A program made the translations under genes and the position numbers. A model generated the notes under the pieces. The model saw only the letters and a program-made list of their open reading frames with translations. It did no database searches and was not told where the DNA came from. 64,000 nucleotides of DNA from contig CAVXWP010000003.1 of NCBI GenBank assembly GCA_963765495.1, forward strand, positions 262,671-326,670, given 5' to 3'. This document shows positions 29,840 to 40,519 of the stretch, piece after piece (position 1 is the first letter of the stretch; every line of letters starts with the position of its first letter). Origin of the DNA: Blastocatellia bacterium. Lineage in GTDB: Bacteria; Acidobacteriota; Blastocatellia; UBA7656.

Positions 29840-30741
29840 ATTGATTTCCTTTCGTCTTGAGGTTTGAGTTGGTGGATCAAACTTGATCTGGATAAAAGGG
29901 CCATACACCATAGAAACGCAACCAGCTTGACGAGCAGGGCTAACCCGCATCAGAACCGGCTACGGATTTATTGTGCATGCCCAGAGATACGAGTGGGAAA
30001 ATTCATGCCGACTTTGCTAACACTCTGAACTGCTGGGAATTCAACGGATATACGCACAGCAGCATATTACAAAGAGGCCGCGAATCTTCCTCCGTTGAGT
30101 AACGGACAGACACATGCCTGCACGATTTAAAACGCGAAAAGGCACAACTTGAAAACTTGAAACTTCTAATCCCGATACTGGGTTGATGCGATATGATTTT
30201 TATCACAGTTCGATAGCTCAGTCAATTACAAAAAGTACAGGGCAGGTGCTTGGAATTTATTTGATCTGTGATGAAACACAAATCTCTCAATAATGAAGTG
30301 AAAACCGCTTTTCATCTTTGGGCTTTAACTTGTGCAGATACACAACACCGAGGAAACGAGATCAGAAACAACTCAGACGGCAGACCGAGGGGGCTTCTGA
30401 TGCCACCCTTTATGCGTCGTTTCAATCCCTTCGGGAAAATATTCAGAGACCCAACACAACTATCTCTCGGCAAGTTTTTGCTCACTTTTATAACACTCGA
30501 GAAAAACGATCTCACCTTTATCTCCGTCCGCCCATCAGCTTTGCGACCTCTTATTACCACTCCATCCATGCGGGCTTATGGGGTTTATCCTATTCACTGG
30601 CGTTAAGACTTGCGTGCTTCACCGATCACTCTCAGCTTTCCGTCGCGCCGCTCGTGATGTACCATAAAAGTTTCGGGCCGGGCGCGGAATTAATGTGTGC
30701 GGTCTGTATGATGTAATGACTATTGAGGAGATAAAAAACGC

Positions 30742-32526
30742 ATGGGAGATGATTTCCAAAGCGATCAGGATTTTGCTCTCGGCCCGGAGGCTTTTCCTTC
30801 CGAGCACGAATATAAGATGCACTGCCTGAAACATTCTACGTCGCACATAATGGCCGCCGCCGTCGAGCAGATGTTCCCGGAGGTGAAGTTCGGCATCGGG
30901 CCGCCGATCAAAAACGGCTTTTACTATGATATGCAGTTGCCGCGACCGCTTGTGCCAGAAGACCTCGAAGAGATCGAGCGTCGCATGAAGAGAATCGTCA
31001 AAGAAGGGATCGAATTCGAGCAACAGACCTGGGAGAAACCGAAGGCGCTGGAGTTTTTCGGCTCGCGCGGTCAGAACTTCAAAATCGAGTTGATCGAAGG
31101 CATACCCTCAGATACGGTTTCGACCTACACCATAGGCGACTTTACGGACCTGTGCGCCGGTCCGCACGTGCGCCGCACAAGTCAGTGCAAGCATTTCAAA
31201 CTGACCTCGATAGCCGGAGCCTACTGGCGCGGCAACGAGCGCAATCCCATGCTTCAGCGCATCTACGGCACAGTCTGGCCTACGAAGGAAGAGCTTGAAG
31301 AGTATCTGCACAACGTCGAAGAGGCCAAACGCCGCGACCATCGCAAGCTCGGACGCGAGCTCGATCTCTTCATGACGCACGAGTGGGCACCGGGGTCGCC
31401 CTTCTGGCTTCCAAAAGGCACGGTGATATATAACACTCTTCAGGATAAGATGAGGCGTATGCTTTCGCGCAACGGATACGTCGAGGTCAAAGCGCCGCTG
31501 CTTGCCAGCGAGCACCTGTTCAAGACATCGGGTCACTGGACGCATTACAAAGACGATATGTTTATCGTGGAAGCGGAAGAAGGCGAAGAGCAGCGCGGGT
31601 TAAAGCCAATGAACTGCCCGGAGCACATGTTGATCTTCGGGGCGAGGAGACGCAGCTACCGCGAGCTTCCGCTGCGTCTGGCTGAGATGAGCCCGCTTCA
31701 TCGAAACGAACGTGCGGGTGTGCTTGCCGGACTCACGCGCGTCAGACAGTTTCAGCAGGACGACGCGCACATATTCATCACCGAAGATCAGATAGGCGAA
31801 GAGGTCACCCGTTTGCTCGCGCTGATTGCGCGCGTCTATAAAGCCTTCGATATGTCTTATCGCTTCGTGCTCAGCACGCGAAACGAAGAGAAATTCATGG
31901 GTGATGTTGCCCTGTGGGAAAGGGCCGAAGCGGCGCTCGGCGCGGCGCTCGAAGCAAACAATCTGGAATACACTGTAGAGAAAGGCGAGGGCGCTTTCTA
32001 CGGCCCCAAGATAGATCAGAAGGTGCTCGATTCGCTAAAGCGCGAGCATCAGTTAGGCACTATCCAGGCCGACTTTCAACTGCCGCGCAACTTCGGGCTC
32101 ACTTATGTGAACGAGCACAACGCCGAAGCCATCCCCGTAGTGATTCACCGGGCGATATACGGCTCGCTTGAGCGGTTCATAGGAATATTGATAGAGCATT
32201 ACGCCGGGGCGTTTCCCGTCTGGCTTGCGCCCGTGCAGGCAAAGGTACTGTCAATTTCCGAAAAGACGGCCGATTATGCCCGCGAGGTCTACGAGCGATT
32301 GGCTGGCGAAGATTTGCGCGTAGAACTTGACGTGCGCGACGACAAGATAGGCGCAAAGATTCGGGACGCGCAGCTTGAAAAAGTGCCCTACATGCTCATA
32401 GTCGGACCAAAAGAGGCCGAGGCTCGCGCCGTTGCGGTCCGCTCGCGCGAAAAAGGCGACGAAGGCGCGGTCCCGCTTGAAGAGTTCGCCGCGCGCATCA
32501 AGAGTGAATCGGATTTTGATTACTAG
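30742..32526 (+). CDS. thrS: Threonine--tRNA ligase
   Basis: HSTSHIMA, DLCAGPH, RDHRKLG, KPMNCP, GAFYGPK, HRAIYGSLERF. Confidence 0.98.
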   Translation: MGDDFQSDQDFALGPEAFPSEHEYKMHCLKHSTSHIMAAAVEQMFPEVKFGIGPPIKNGFYYDMQLPRPLVPEDLEEIERRMKRIVKEGIEFEQQTWEKPKALEFFGSRGQNFKIELIEGIPSDTVSTYTIGDFTDLCAGPHVRRTSQCKHFKLTSIAGAYWRGNERNPMLQRIYGTVWPTKEELEEYLHNVEEAKRRDHRKLGRELDLFMTHEWAPGSPFWLPKGTVIYNTLQDKMRRMLSRNGYVEVKAPLLASEHLFKTSGHWTHYKDDMFIVEAEEGEEQRGLKPMNCPEHMLIFGARRRSYRELPLRLAEMSPLHRNERAGVLAGLTRVRQFQQDDAHIFITEDQIGEEVTRLLALIARVYKAFDMSYRFVLSTRNEEKFMGDVALWERAEAALGAALEANNLEYTVEKGEGAFYGPKIDQKVLDSLKREHQLGTIQADFQLPRNFGLTYVNEHNAEAIPVVIHRAIYGSLERFIGILIEHYAGAFPVWLAPVQAKVLSISEKTADYAREVYERLAGEDLRVELDVRDDKIGAKIRDAQLEKVPYMLIVGPKEAEARAVAVRSREKGDEGAVPLEEFAARIKSESDFDY

Positions 32527-33543
32527 GTGACTATCCGTCTCAAACTCGATCCCGCCCGCCCGCAAGAAGAGGCGATCGCTCAGGCTGCGACCGTCATTCG
32601 CAGCGGCGGGTTGGTAGCTTTTCCTACGGAAACGGTTTACGGGCTTGGGGCGGATGCGATGAACGAAATCGCTATCGGCAGGATATTTGAAGCCAAAGGA
32701 AGACCCGCCGATAATCCGCTCATCGTGCACGTGGCCGACCGCTCTATGCTTGATCGCGTGGCCTGTAATATCAGTCGGCAAGCCGAGCGGCTAATTGAGA
32801 GGTTCTGGCCCGGCCCGCTTACGCTTGTGCTTGAGCGAAATCCCGAAGTGGCCCGAAGCGTTTCTGCGGGGCTCCCTACGGTAGCGGTACGGATGCCGCG
32901 TAACCGTATCGCGCTCGAATTGATCGAGCGGGCCGCAACTCCCATAGCCGCGCCCAGCGCAAACCGTTCGGGGCGGCCCAGTCCTACAACCGCCGGGCAT
33001 GTTGTTGAGGACCTCGGCGGGCGAATAGATATGGTCCTTGACGGAGGAACTACGAATATCGGCATCGAATCAACGGTCCTGGATGTGACAACGAAGCCTC
33101 CCGTAATACTGCGGCCCGGGTGGATCACGAGCGAGATTATTTCCGAGGTTCTGGGCGAGGTTGAGCGCGCGATGTCCGAAGCTGATTTGCGGCGTTCGCC
33201 CGGCACTCGCCATCGTCATTACAGCCCGCGCGCCCGCGTTGTGCTTATAGAAGGAGCTTCGCCCGCGCGCGTGAAAAGCCTTTGCGCTCAATTGCTCGAA
33301 GGCGGACCCGCAGGATTCATAGGTCATACACGCGTAGCCATTGATAATTCCGATTTCAGCAGGATAATACTTGAAGCGAGCGCCGCTTCGTACGCCCGCT
33401 CGATTTATGCGGCCTTGCGCGAGCTTGACCGCCTGCGCCCGCGTGTGATTTTGATCGAAGGCATAGAGGAGACTGGCGAGGGGGCAGCCGTGATGGACCG
33501 CCTGCGCCGCGCCGCATCCGAGATATTAAGAGAAGGCGAATAG
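32527..33543 (+). CDS. sua5: Sua5-type L-threonylcarbamoyladenylate synthase
   Basis: FPTETVYGLG, KGRPADNPLIVH, APSANRSGRPSPT, SPG..HYSP and Sua5 C-domain. Confidence 0.95.
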   Translation: MTIRLKLDPARPQEEAIAQAATVIRSGGLVAFPTETVYGLGADAMNEIAIGRIFEAKGRPADNPLIVHVADRSMLDRVACNISRQAERLIERFWPGPLTLVLERNPEVARSVSAGLPTVAVRMPRNRIALELIERAATPIAAPSANRSGRPSPTTAGHVVEDLGGRIDMVLDGGTTNIGIESTVLDVTTKPPVILRPGWITSEIISEVLGEVERAMSEADLRRSPGTRHRHYSPRARVVLIEGASPARVKSLCAQLLEGGPAGFIGHTRVAIDNSDFSRIILEASAASYARSIYAALRELDRLRPRVILIEGIEETGEGAAVMDRLRRAASEILREGE

Positions 33544-33600
33544 ACAGGATATTCACCCCGCGCCGTCAGCCTGTCGGTCGCCGTTTTTCGTGGAGGATAA

Positions 33601-34776
33601 ATGCAAGCACTCAAGAAAATGAGTCTCATCGAGGACGGACTGCGATACGTCGAAAACGAGCCTGAGCCCGAAGTAGGTCATCAGGACGTGAAGATTCGCG
33701 TCGAATCCGCATCGATTTGCGGGACCGATCAGAGCATCTATCAGATCACGTCGCGCGAAGGCATGCGCGATGAGATGCTGGCTTATAACGGCGGCAACGT
33801 GGCGGATTATCGACCCATCATCGTGGGCCACGAATTCTGCGGCGAAGTGGTCGAGGTAGGCGAAGACGTGGACCCGGGCCTCGTGCGCGCAGGCCAGTAC
33901 GTCACAAGCGAGATGCACATCAGTTGCGGCCATTGCCAGCAGTGTCGTACGGGGCAGCGCCACATCTGCAAGAATATCAGGGTCAAGGGGCTGCATATGG
34001 ATGGCGCGTTCGCGGAGTTTGTAGTCGTTCCGAGCGAGAACATAATAAACCTGGAACGATTTGGCGGACGAGATGTTATACCTCCGCGATTCGGGGCTTT
34101 TCTCGACGCGCTCGGCAACGCCGTGCACACCGTTATGGAAGGCGACGTAGCGGGTAAGACCGTGGCCATTCTCGGATGCGGCGCGCAGGGGTTGATGTCA
34201 ACGGCTGTGGCCCGAACGCTCGGCGCATCCAGAATCTATGTGACCGATTTTTCCAACCCCGGGGGCAGTTTTCACGCCGAAAGGCTGGCCGCGCGCTTTC
34301 AGACCGCGCGCGAGCTTGGCGCGGATTTCTGTTTCGACACAAACGAAGAAGCCGCGCCCGGCCAGAAACAGGAACTTCTCCGACGGGCGCTTGACGAGCC
34401 GGGCGGCGGCATAGATGTGATACTTGAGATGAGCGGAGCCGAAGAGGCCTATAACGATGCCGGGGCGCTTGTGAAAAACGGCGGGCAGATATTGCTGCTT
34501 GGAATACCGTCGCGGCCCCTTCGCTCGTTCGACTTCGGAAAGTACGCCGTGTGGAAAGGCGTGACTATTCGCGGTATATTCGGTCGCAGGATGTTCGAGA
34601 CGTGGTACGCGATGCTCGACCTGCTCGCTTCGAGAAAGACCGGGCTGAAAGACCGGCTTGAAAAAATCATAGCCGTTCAGGCAGTGCCGCTTTCGGATTT
34701 CGAGCGGGGGTTCGAGATGGTTCGCTCACACGAAGCCGTAAAACTTTTGCTTGTGCCTGACGGCAAGGATAGATGA
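33601..34776 (+). CDS. tdh: L-threonine 3-dehydrogenase (Zn-dependent MDR)
   Basis: [31 protein letters not shown]; adjacent to kbl. Confidence 0.88.
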   Translation: MQALKKMSLIEDGLRYVENEPEPEVGHQDVKIRVESASICGTDQSIYQITSREGMRDEMLAYNGGNVADYRPIIVGHEFCGEVVEVGEDVDPGLVRAGQYVTSEMHISCGHCQQCRTGQRHICKNIRVKGLHMDGAFAEFVVVPSENIINLERFGGRDVIPPRFGAFLDALGNAVHTVMEGDVAGKTVAILGCGAQGLMSTAVARTLGASRIYVTDFSNPGGSFHAERLAARFQTARELGADFCFDTNEEAAPGQKQELLRRALDEPGGGIDVILEMSGAEEAYNDAGALVKNGGQILLLGIPSRPLRSFDFGKYAVWKGVTIRGIFGRRMFETWYAMLDLLASRKTGLKDRLEKIIAVQAVPLSDFERGFEMVRSHEAVKLLLVPDGKDR

Positions 34777-34786
34777 GGAGGAGCAC

Positions 34787-36016
34787 ATGAACGCGGAGCA
34801 ACTTTACAACACGCTTGACGCCGAACTTGATAAGCTACGCGAGGCCAAGACATTCAAATACGAAGTGCCGCTCGAAAGCGAGCAGGGCGGCGATGTCACG
34901 GTCGGCGGGCACAGGGTCGTGATGCTTGCCGCGAACAATTATCTGGGGCTGTCAAATCACCCGCGCATAAAAGAGGCCGCCCATCGCGGAATAGATGAAT
35001 GGGGATACGGGCTTGCCTCGGTGCGTTTCCTCTGCGGGACCGAGCCTATTCACTTCGAGCTTGAGCGCCGCATAGCGAAATTCGTAGGGTGTGAGGCGGC
35101 CATTTTGCACTCGTCGTGTTTTGCGGCAAACGAAGCCTTCTTCACCGCGTTGCTGGCTAATGACCTCGGACAGACGGATTATCAGGATGCAATTTACAGC
35201 GATCAACTAAACCACGCGAGCATCATTGACGGCGTCAGGCTGTGCCGGGCCGTTGTCAAGCAGACCGTGTCAAGGCTCTACCCAAACGGCGACACCGCCC
35301 GTCTCAGAGAGTTGCTTGAAGAGGACCGCGATAAAGACTACCGCATAAAGATCATAGCGACCGACGGTGTCTTTTCTATGGAGGGATTGCTTGCGCCGCT
35401 TCCCGAACTTGTCAAGATTGCGCGCGAATACGGCGCGCTTCTTATGGTAGATGAATCACACGCGACGGGGGCGCTTGGGCGAACGGGGCGCGGAACGCCC
35501 GAAGAGCTTGGCGTCTATGGAGAGATAGATGTGATTACCGGTACCTTCGGCAAGGCGCTCGGCGGAGCGTCCGGCGGCTTTATTGCGGGGCGCGGGCCGC
35601 TCATCGAATTCCTGCGCCAGAAATCGCGGCCTTATACGTTCTCGAATACCGTCCCGCCACCCGTAGTTATGGGTTCTATCGAAGCCATCGACATCATCGA
35701 AAACGACCCTTCGATAGTCGACCGCCTTCACGAAAACACCGAGTACTTCCGCCGCGAGATCGTGCGTCTCGGGTTTGAGATCATCGAGGGCCGCCACCCG
35801 ATTGTGCCCGTGATGCTCGGCGAAGCGGCCGTTGCTCAGGACATGAGCCAGGCGTTGCTTGGCGAAGGAGTTTACATCAAGGGGCTGTGGTATCCGGTCG
35901 TGCCGAAAGGTGAGGCTCGATTGCGGGCGCAGATTTCGGCCGCGCATACGAGAGAAGACCTCGACCGCGCGCTTGCGGCTTTCGATAAAGTGGGCAAACA
36001 ACTCGGCGTGATTTGA
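34787..36016 (+). CDS. kbl: Glycine C-acetyltransferase (2-amino-3-ketobutyrate CoA ligase)
   Basis: [43 protein letters not shown]; GAGGAG RBS before ATG 34787. Confidence 0.95.
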   Translation: MNAEQLYNTLDAELDKLREAKTFKYEVPLESEQGGDVTVGGHRVVMLAANNYLGLSNHPRIKEAAHRGIDEWGYGLASVRFLCGTEPIHFELERRIAKFVGCEAAILHSSCFAANEAFFTALLANDLGQTDYQDAIYSDQLNHASIIDGVRLCRAVVKQTVSRLYPNGDTARLRELLEEDRDKDYRIKIIATDGVFSMEGLLAPLPELVKIAREYGALLMVDESHATGALGRTGRGTPEELGVYGEIDVITGTFGKALGGASGGFIAGRGPLIEFLRQKSRPYTFSNTVPPPVVMGSIEAIDIIENDPSIVDRLHENTEYFRREIVRLGFEIIEGRHPIVPVMLGEAAVAQDMSQALLGEGVYIKGLWYPVVPKGEARLRAQISAAHTREDLDRALAAFDKVGKQLGVI

Positions 36017-36187
36017 TTCAACCTCATTTGTATAGACCCCTTGCGATTCGCGGTTAATGTGGCTGTTTTGTGGCTTCTGACAATTCGGCTACATCGCCGC
36101 AAGAGCTGAGGGCCTGTTTTGCGTTTGCTTTCGGTATGACAGGTTGAGAATTCGGCAATATTCGGATATTTTGTAGCGGTCTTAAAG

Positions 36188-36203
36188 TGGCACAAACCTT
36201 GCT
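36188..36203 (+). promoter_or_regulatory. Sigma-54 (-24/-12) promoter
   Basis: TGGCAC-AAACC-TTGCT matches the consensus, about 95 bp upstream of the 77-aa ORF. Confidence 0.7.
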
Positions 36204-36298
36204 CCACCGATAATCGCATCGCTTAACTTGATTGAATCGGCAGAGTGGACGGATAACAAGGCAGGCGAGAATACGGGGTTTTCATCGGAGGGGTATAA

Positions 36299-36532
36299 AT
36301 GAAAAAGTTGGTTCTTGCACTTACACTGGTGCTGCTGCTGGCCGCAGTGCCGACGTTTGCGACCGAGGGGCACGGCACACTGGCGGCTATGATGACATCC
36401 AGTGCCGCTGTAGCTCAAACGTCACCTGCCACCGCAAGGGCAATTAGAAGGCACATGCGTCACAGGCGACATCGGCTTCATCGAAGAGCCAGGCGGCAGG
36501 CAAGAAGAGTCGTCCGCAGGACGAGCAGCTAA
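36299..36532 (+). CDS. Small secreted protein with Arg/His-rich tail
   Basis: GGAGGG RBS, signal peptide MKKLVLALTLVLLLAAVPTFA, downstream hairpin. Confidence 0.75.
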   Translation: MKKLVLALTLVLLLAAVPTFATEGHGTLAAMMTSSAAVAQTSPATARAIRRHMRHRRHRLHRRARRQARRVVRRTSS

Positions 36533-36559
36533 AACTGTTTGTCATAAAGCTCTTTGGTA

Positions 36560-36590
36560 AGCGGGCCGGTGGGGGAAACATCGGCCCGCT
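36560..36590 (+). terminator. Hairpin / probable terminator
   Basis: AGCGGGCCGGTG ... CATCGGCCCGCT; no strong U-tract. Confidence 0.5.
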
Positions 36591-36656
36591 CAATCGGCTC
36601 CGCTCAATCAGCCCCGCTCAATCAATCGCAGGCGACCTTGATCTAAGGATAAGGCT

Positions 36657-37256
36657 ATGAACTTGATCGCCTTTTTTGACGCCTCAATCATCAGGGACAT
36701 GTTCGGGTTGAGCGTCCCCCTTTTAGAAAAGATTTTACGTCCTCTGATAGTCTATCTGGCGCTGGTCATCTTGTTACGCATTTTCGGCAAGCGCGAACTG
36801 GCGCAACTCAATCCCTTTGACCTTGTCGTGCTGTTGTCGTTATCAAACACCGTGCAGAATGCCATCATCGGCGAGGACAACTCGGTGTCGGGCGGGTTGA
36901 TAGGCGCTTTCACGCTTCTGACCATCAATTATCTGGTCGTCCGTTTTCTGTTCAAACACAGGAGGCTGGATCAAGTGCTCGAAGGAACGCCCACCGTTTT
37001 GATCGAAGGCGGGCAGGTGCGTGAAGAGGCGCTGGCTAAAGAGTTGATGACCCATTCCGAGTTGCAGACCCTGGCGCACCGCCAGGGGTTTGAGAAATTA
37101 GAGGAGATAGAAAACTGCGTGCTGGAACCCGGCGGCGTATTCTCCATGCAAAGCAAAGAGCCTCGCGCCGATGAGCGCCGCCACAAAGAACTGCTCACGC
37201 GCCTGGATGATTTGAGCCGACAGATCGAAGCCATAAAGAAGCAGATGCTCTCGTGA
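36657..37256 (+). CDS. DUF421 (YetF-like) membrane protein
   Basis: GKRELAQLNPFDLVVLL, EGTPTVLI.GG, VLEPGG. Confidence 0.88.
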   Translation: MNLIAFFDASIIRDMFGLSVPLLEKILRPLIVYLALVILLRIFGKRELAQLNPFDLVVLLSLSNTVQNAIIGEDNSVSGGLIGAFTLLTINYLVVRFLFKHRRLDQVLEGTPTVLIEGGQVREEALAKELMTHSELQTLAHRQGFEKLEEIENCVLEPGGVFSMQSKEPRADERRHKELLTRLDDLSRQIEAIKKQMLS

Positions 37257-37603
37257 GGCCGTAACTTGCGCTTGATCAATGTGACCCGGAGATGAGAAGA
37301 AGAACGATTCTTCTATAGCCGCGTCGCTCGCGCTCAGATACGCAACACACAATTTCTTCCCTTTCGACAAATTTTTGAATATTAACCGCCGGCCTTTTGT
37401 TGAAGTTTTTTGAAACTTGCAAAAAGTTGTAAATCTCACCCATAAATCGTCCTCTGCCCGGTTTATTCTGAAACTGCCGAAGCTCCGGTCCCGTAATTCG
37501 TGCCAGCCAAACTCTGGCTCAAGCTTACACCTTTGACTCTGATGCGCTCGCCCGGCACGCGGGCCGCGCACGCATAAGTGCTATTCAAGAAGGAGCGAGA
37601 AGA

Positions 37604-38887
37604 ATGAAAGCCATCAAGATCGTTTGTCACCTCAAGCTTGCAACCGTCATGATGTTGTTGGTCGTTGTGAGCGCCTTTGGCTCGACTGATAAATCGGTCG
37701 GCAAGAAAATCACCTTTACAACCAAATCGAAAGAAGCGGTGGATTCCGTAGCGCAGGCCGTCCAGATAATCGAGACATTTCAGTTTGGCCCACAGTTTCA
37801 GGCGGTGGCCGAAAAGGCCGTGAAGGCCGACCCGGATTTCGCCTTTGGTTATTACCTGCTGGGAACGGCCCTGCTGCCTGCTCCCGAGGCGAAGACCAAT
37901 ATAGACAAAGCCGTTGAGCTTTCAAAGAAGGCTTCCGAAGGCGAGCGCCGCTACATCGAAGCCGTGCTTTTGACTCGCGCAGGGAAACACGACGAAGCGA
38001 TAACAATCCTCACGGACCTCGCCAAAAAGTACCCGGCGGATCGAATGGTCCAGATGATGCTCGGGCAAGTATATCTGGTTCAAAATAAACTGGACGAATC
38101 AAGGGCCGCTTTTGAGCGCGCAATTCAGATAGACGGCAGCACGCCGCGCGCTTACAGCTTCCTCGGCAACATAGAGTTGCTCAAGGGGGATTACGCAAAG
38201 TCACGCGAGACCTTTAAGGCGGCGCTGGGCAAGAAGGCTGAGGGTACTGCTCCATTCGGGCCTTACACGGGGATCGCCTATTCTTATATCTATGAAGGCA
38301 ATCCGCAGGCGGCCATCAAAGCTCTCCAGGAGTTTGAATCGGAATACACAAGAACGGGTGGACCGAAGAACTTCCCGGCAGTCTTTATATGGAACTCGAT
38401 AGCGCGAGTCTATCTTGAAAACGGCCAGCCCGAGGAAGCAGTCAAGTATTACGAGAAGGGATATGCGACGGTCCCCGATAGCTCGATTGATGATATGCAA
38501 AAGAAGATATGGCTTGGGCGTCTTCATCACGGAAAGGGCCGCGCACTTGCCAAGATGGGCAAGTACGAAGAAGCCTGGAAGGAAGCCGAGATTATAAAGA
38601 AGATGATAGATGAGGGCGGCGAGCAGGGGCAGCAATTCGTTCCTTCCTATCACTATCTGGCCGGGTATCTGAAGCTGGAAAGCGGCGACTACCAGGCAGC
38701 CATAGAGCATCTGAAGCAGACAGACCTGACCGATCCGTTTCACCAATTGTTGCTGGCTCGCGCCTACGAAAAGGCGGGTGATAAAGCAAACGCCGAAAAG
38801 GTATATCAGGAAATAGTCTCTTCAAGTCAGGTCACGATTGAGAGGGCGCTGTCTTACCCCGAAGCTAAAAAGAAACTCAAAGGCTGA
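37604..38887 (+). CDS. Secreted TPR protein
   Basis: Signal peptide, KAVKADPDFAFGY and multiple TPR helices. Confidence 0.82.
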   Translation: MKAIKIVCHLKLATVMMLLVVVSAFGSTDKSVGKKITFTTKSKEAVDSVAQAVQIIETFQFGPQFQAVAEKAVKADPDFAFGYYLLGTALLPAPEAKTNIDKAVELSKKASEGERRYIEAVLLTRAGKHDEAITILTDLAKKYPADRMVQMMLGQVYLVQNKLDESRAAFERAIQIDGSTPRAYSFLGNIELLKGDYAKSRETFKAALGKKAEGTAPFGPYTGIAYSYIYEGNPQAAIKALQEFESEYTRTGGPKNFPAVFIWNSIARVYLENGQPEEAVKYYEKGYATVPDSSIDDMQKKIWLGRLHHGKGRALAKMGKYEEAWKEAEIIKKMIDEGGEQGQQFVPSYHYLAGYLKLESGDYQAAIEHLKQTDLTDPFHQLLLARAYEKAGDKANAEKVYQEIVSSSQVTIERALSYPEAKKKLKG

Positions 38888-39064
38888 TTTTGAATCATCT
38901 GACAGGATTGACGGGATCAACAGGGTTTCTCCAAACTATTTCTGAAATCTTTTTGAATCCTGTTGATCCTGTCAAAAACCAGGTTTACCCCAATGATTGC
39001 CTCTGTCTGGTTAAAGTGGCGCGACGAGCCGCGCTCGCGTAAAATTCCTGCACGGGTAAATGAT

Positions 39065-40519
39065 ATGTGTACAAGAAAAAGATTCTTCATCGCCTTCCTG
39101 ATCACCTTCGTATCTGTGGTTTCGATATGGCCTCGGGCGCAGGCGCAGTCCTTTCATGTGCCGTTCAAGCAATTCACGCTCGACAACGGATTGCGAGTGG
39201 TGCTGTCGGAAGATCATACCGCCCCGGTCGTGGGGGTCGCGGTTTACTATGACGTGGGCTCGCGCAACGAGGTAAAAGGGCGCACGGGGTTTGCTCATCT
39301 GTTTGAGCACATGATGTTTCAAGGCTCTGAAAATGTAGGCAAGGCCGAATATTTTCAATATGTCGAAAACAACGGTGGAGTGCTCAACGGCTCGACCCAC
39401 GCCGATTTTACCAACTACTATGAATTTCTGCCGTCGAACCAGTTGGAGCTTGCCCTGTGGCTCGAATCCGACCGCATGCGTTCTTTGAAGATCACTCCTG
39501 AAAACCTCAAGAACCAGCAGGAAGCAGTAAAAGAAGAGAAGCGATTGAGCATAGATAATCAGCCCTACTGGCCCTCTCTGATCAAGATGGATGAGATGAC
39601 ATATCACAACTGGGCCAATGCCCATTCGTCAATCGGTTCGATGGAAGACCTCAACGCCGCGAACATAAAGGATGTGAAGCAATTCTTTGATACCTATTAC
39701 GCGCCCAACAACGCAGTGCTTGCCATTGCCGGAGACATTGACGCGTCAAAGGCCGAGGCGCTCGTGCGCAAGTATTTCGCTACCATCCCTCGCCAGAAAG
39801 CGCCGCCCCCGGTCGATGTCACGGAGCCTGAAACATCGGTTCAGAAAACGGCCACCGCTACCGACGCGCAGGCTCAGGTTCCGGCGCTCGCCATAGCGTG
39901 GAAGATACCTGCGCGGCGTTCGCCGGATTTCTATGCGATTGTATTGCTCAAATCGATCCTCTTTGACGGAGCGAGCGCCCGGCTCTATCAGAAGCTTGTA
40001 AAAGAGAAGGCCGTCTCGCTTGAGGTTCAGGGGTTTCTCGAAGCGCGGCGCGGTCCCGGTTCGGTCGCGGTATTTACGATCCACAAAACGGAAGCGATAT
40101 CCGAAGACGTGCAGAAAATGATCGAATCGGAGATCGAGCGAATAGCAAAAGATGGAGTGCCCGAGGAGGAGCTGGCCAAGGTGAAGAATCAGTATCGCCT
40201 GGGCCGTTTTCTGGGCGGAAGCGACGGCGGCGAATATGAAAGCCTGCAAACGGCGCTGGGACGCGCGATGGCGCTGGCCGAATACGCTCTCTTCGATGGC
40301 GACCCTTCGCTCATCAATACGGAGACGGATCGCTACCTCTCCGTCACGCCCGAACAGATACGCGCTGCGGCGCGAAAGTATTTCGGAGAGTTGAATCGCT
40401 CGGTCCTCTACATTCGCCCCGCAGCGTCTCAACCGGAAGCGGAGCCCGACAGGAAGGATGAGCCGCACAAGCAGGAACCAAACAAGCAGGAACCAAACAA
40501 ACAGGGAGATCGAAGATGA
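39065..40519 (+). CDS. M16 (pitrilysin-family) zinc peptidase, catalytic subunit
   Basis: LDNGLRV, GFAHLFEHMMFQGS (HXXEH). Confidence 0.93.
   Translation: MCTRKRFFIAFLITFVSVVSIWPRAQAQSFHVPFKQFTLDNGLRVVLSEDHTAPVVGVAVYYDVGSRNEVKGRTGFAHLFEHMMFQGSENVGKAEYFQYVENNGGVLNGSTHADFTNYYEFLPSNQLELALWLESDRMRSLKITPENLKNQQEAVKEEKRLSIDNQPYWPSLIKMDEMTYHNWANAHSSIGSMEDLNAANIKDVKQFFDTYYAPNNAVLAIAGDIDASKAEALVRKYFATIPRQKAPPPVDVTEPETSVQKTATATDAQAQVPALAIAWKIPARRSPDFYAIVLLKSILFDGASARLYQKLVKEKAVSLEVQGFLEARRGPGSVAVFTIHKTEAISEDVQKMIESEIERIAKDGVPEEELAKVKNQYRLGRFLGGSDGGEYESLQTALGRAMALAEYALFDGDPSLINTETDRYLSVTPEQIRAAARKYFGELNRSVLYIRPAASQPEAEPDRKDEPHKQEPNKQEPNKQGDRR

Noticed and set aside
29840-29950. 110-aa version of the precursor ORF
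   Set aside because: RBS and leader character point to ATG 29839
23534-30609. GTCTTAAC/GTTAAGAC as ends of a mobile RiPP island
   Set aside because: Only 8 bp, expected by chance; no transposase or integrase
30200-30741. T-box or other riboswitch upstream of thrS; ORFs 30268-30606 and 30318-30716
   Set aside because: No T-box consensus seen; the ORFs lack RBS and recognisable motifs
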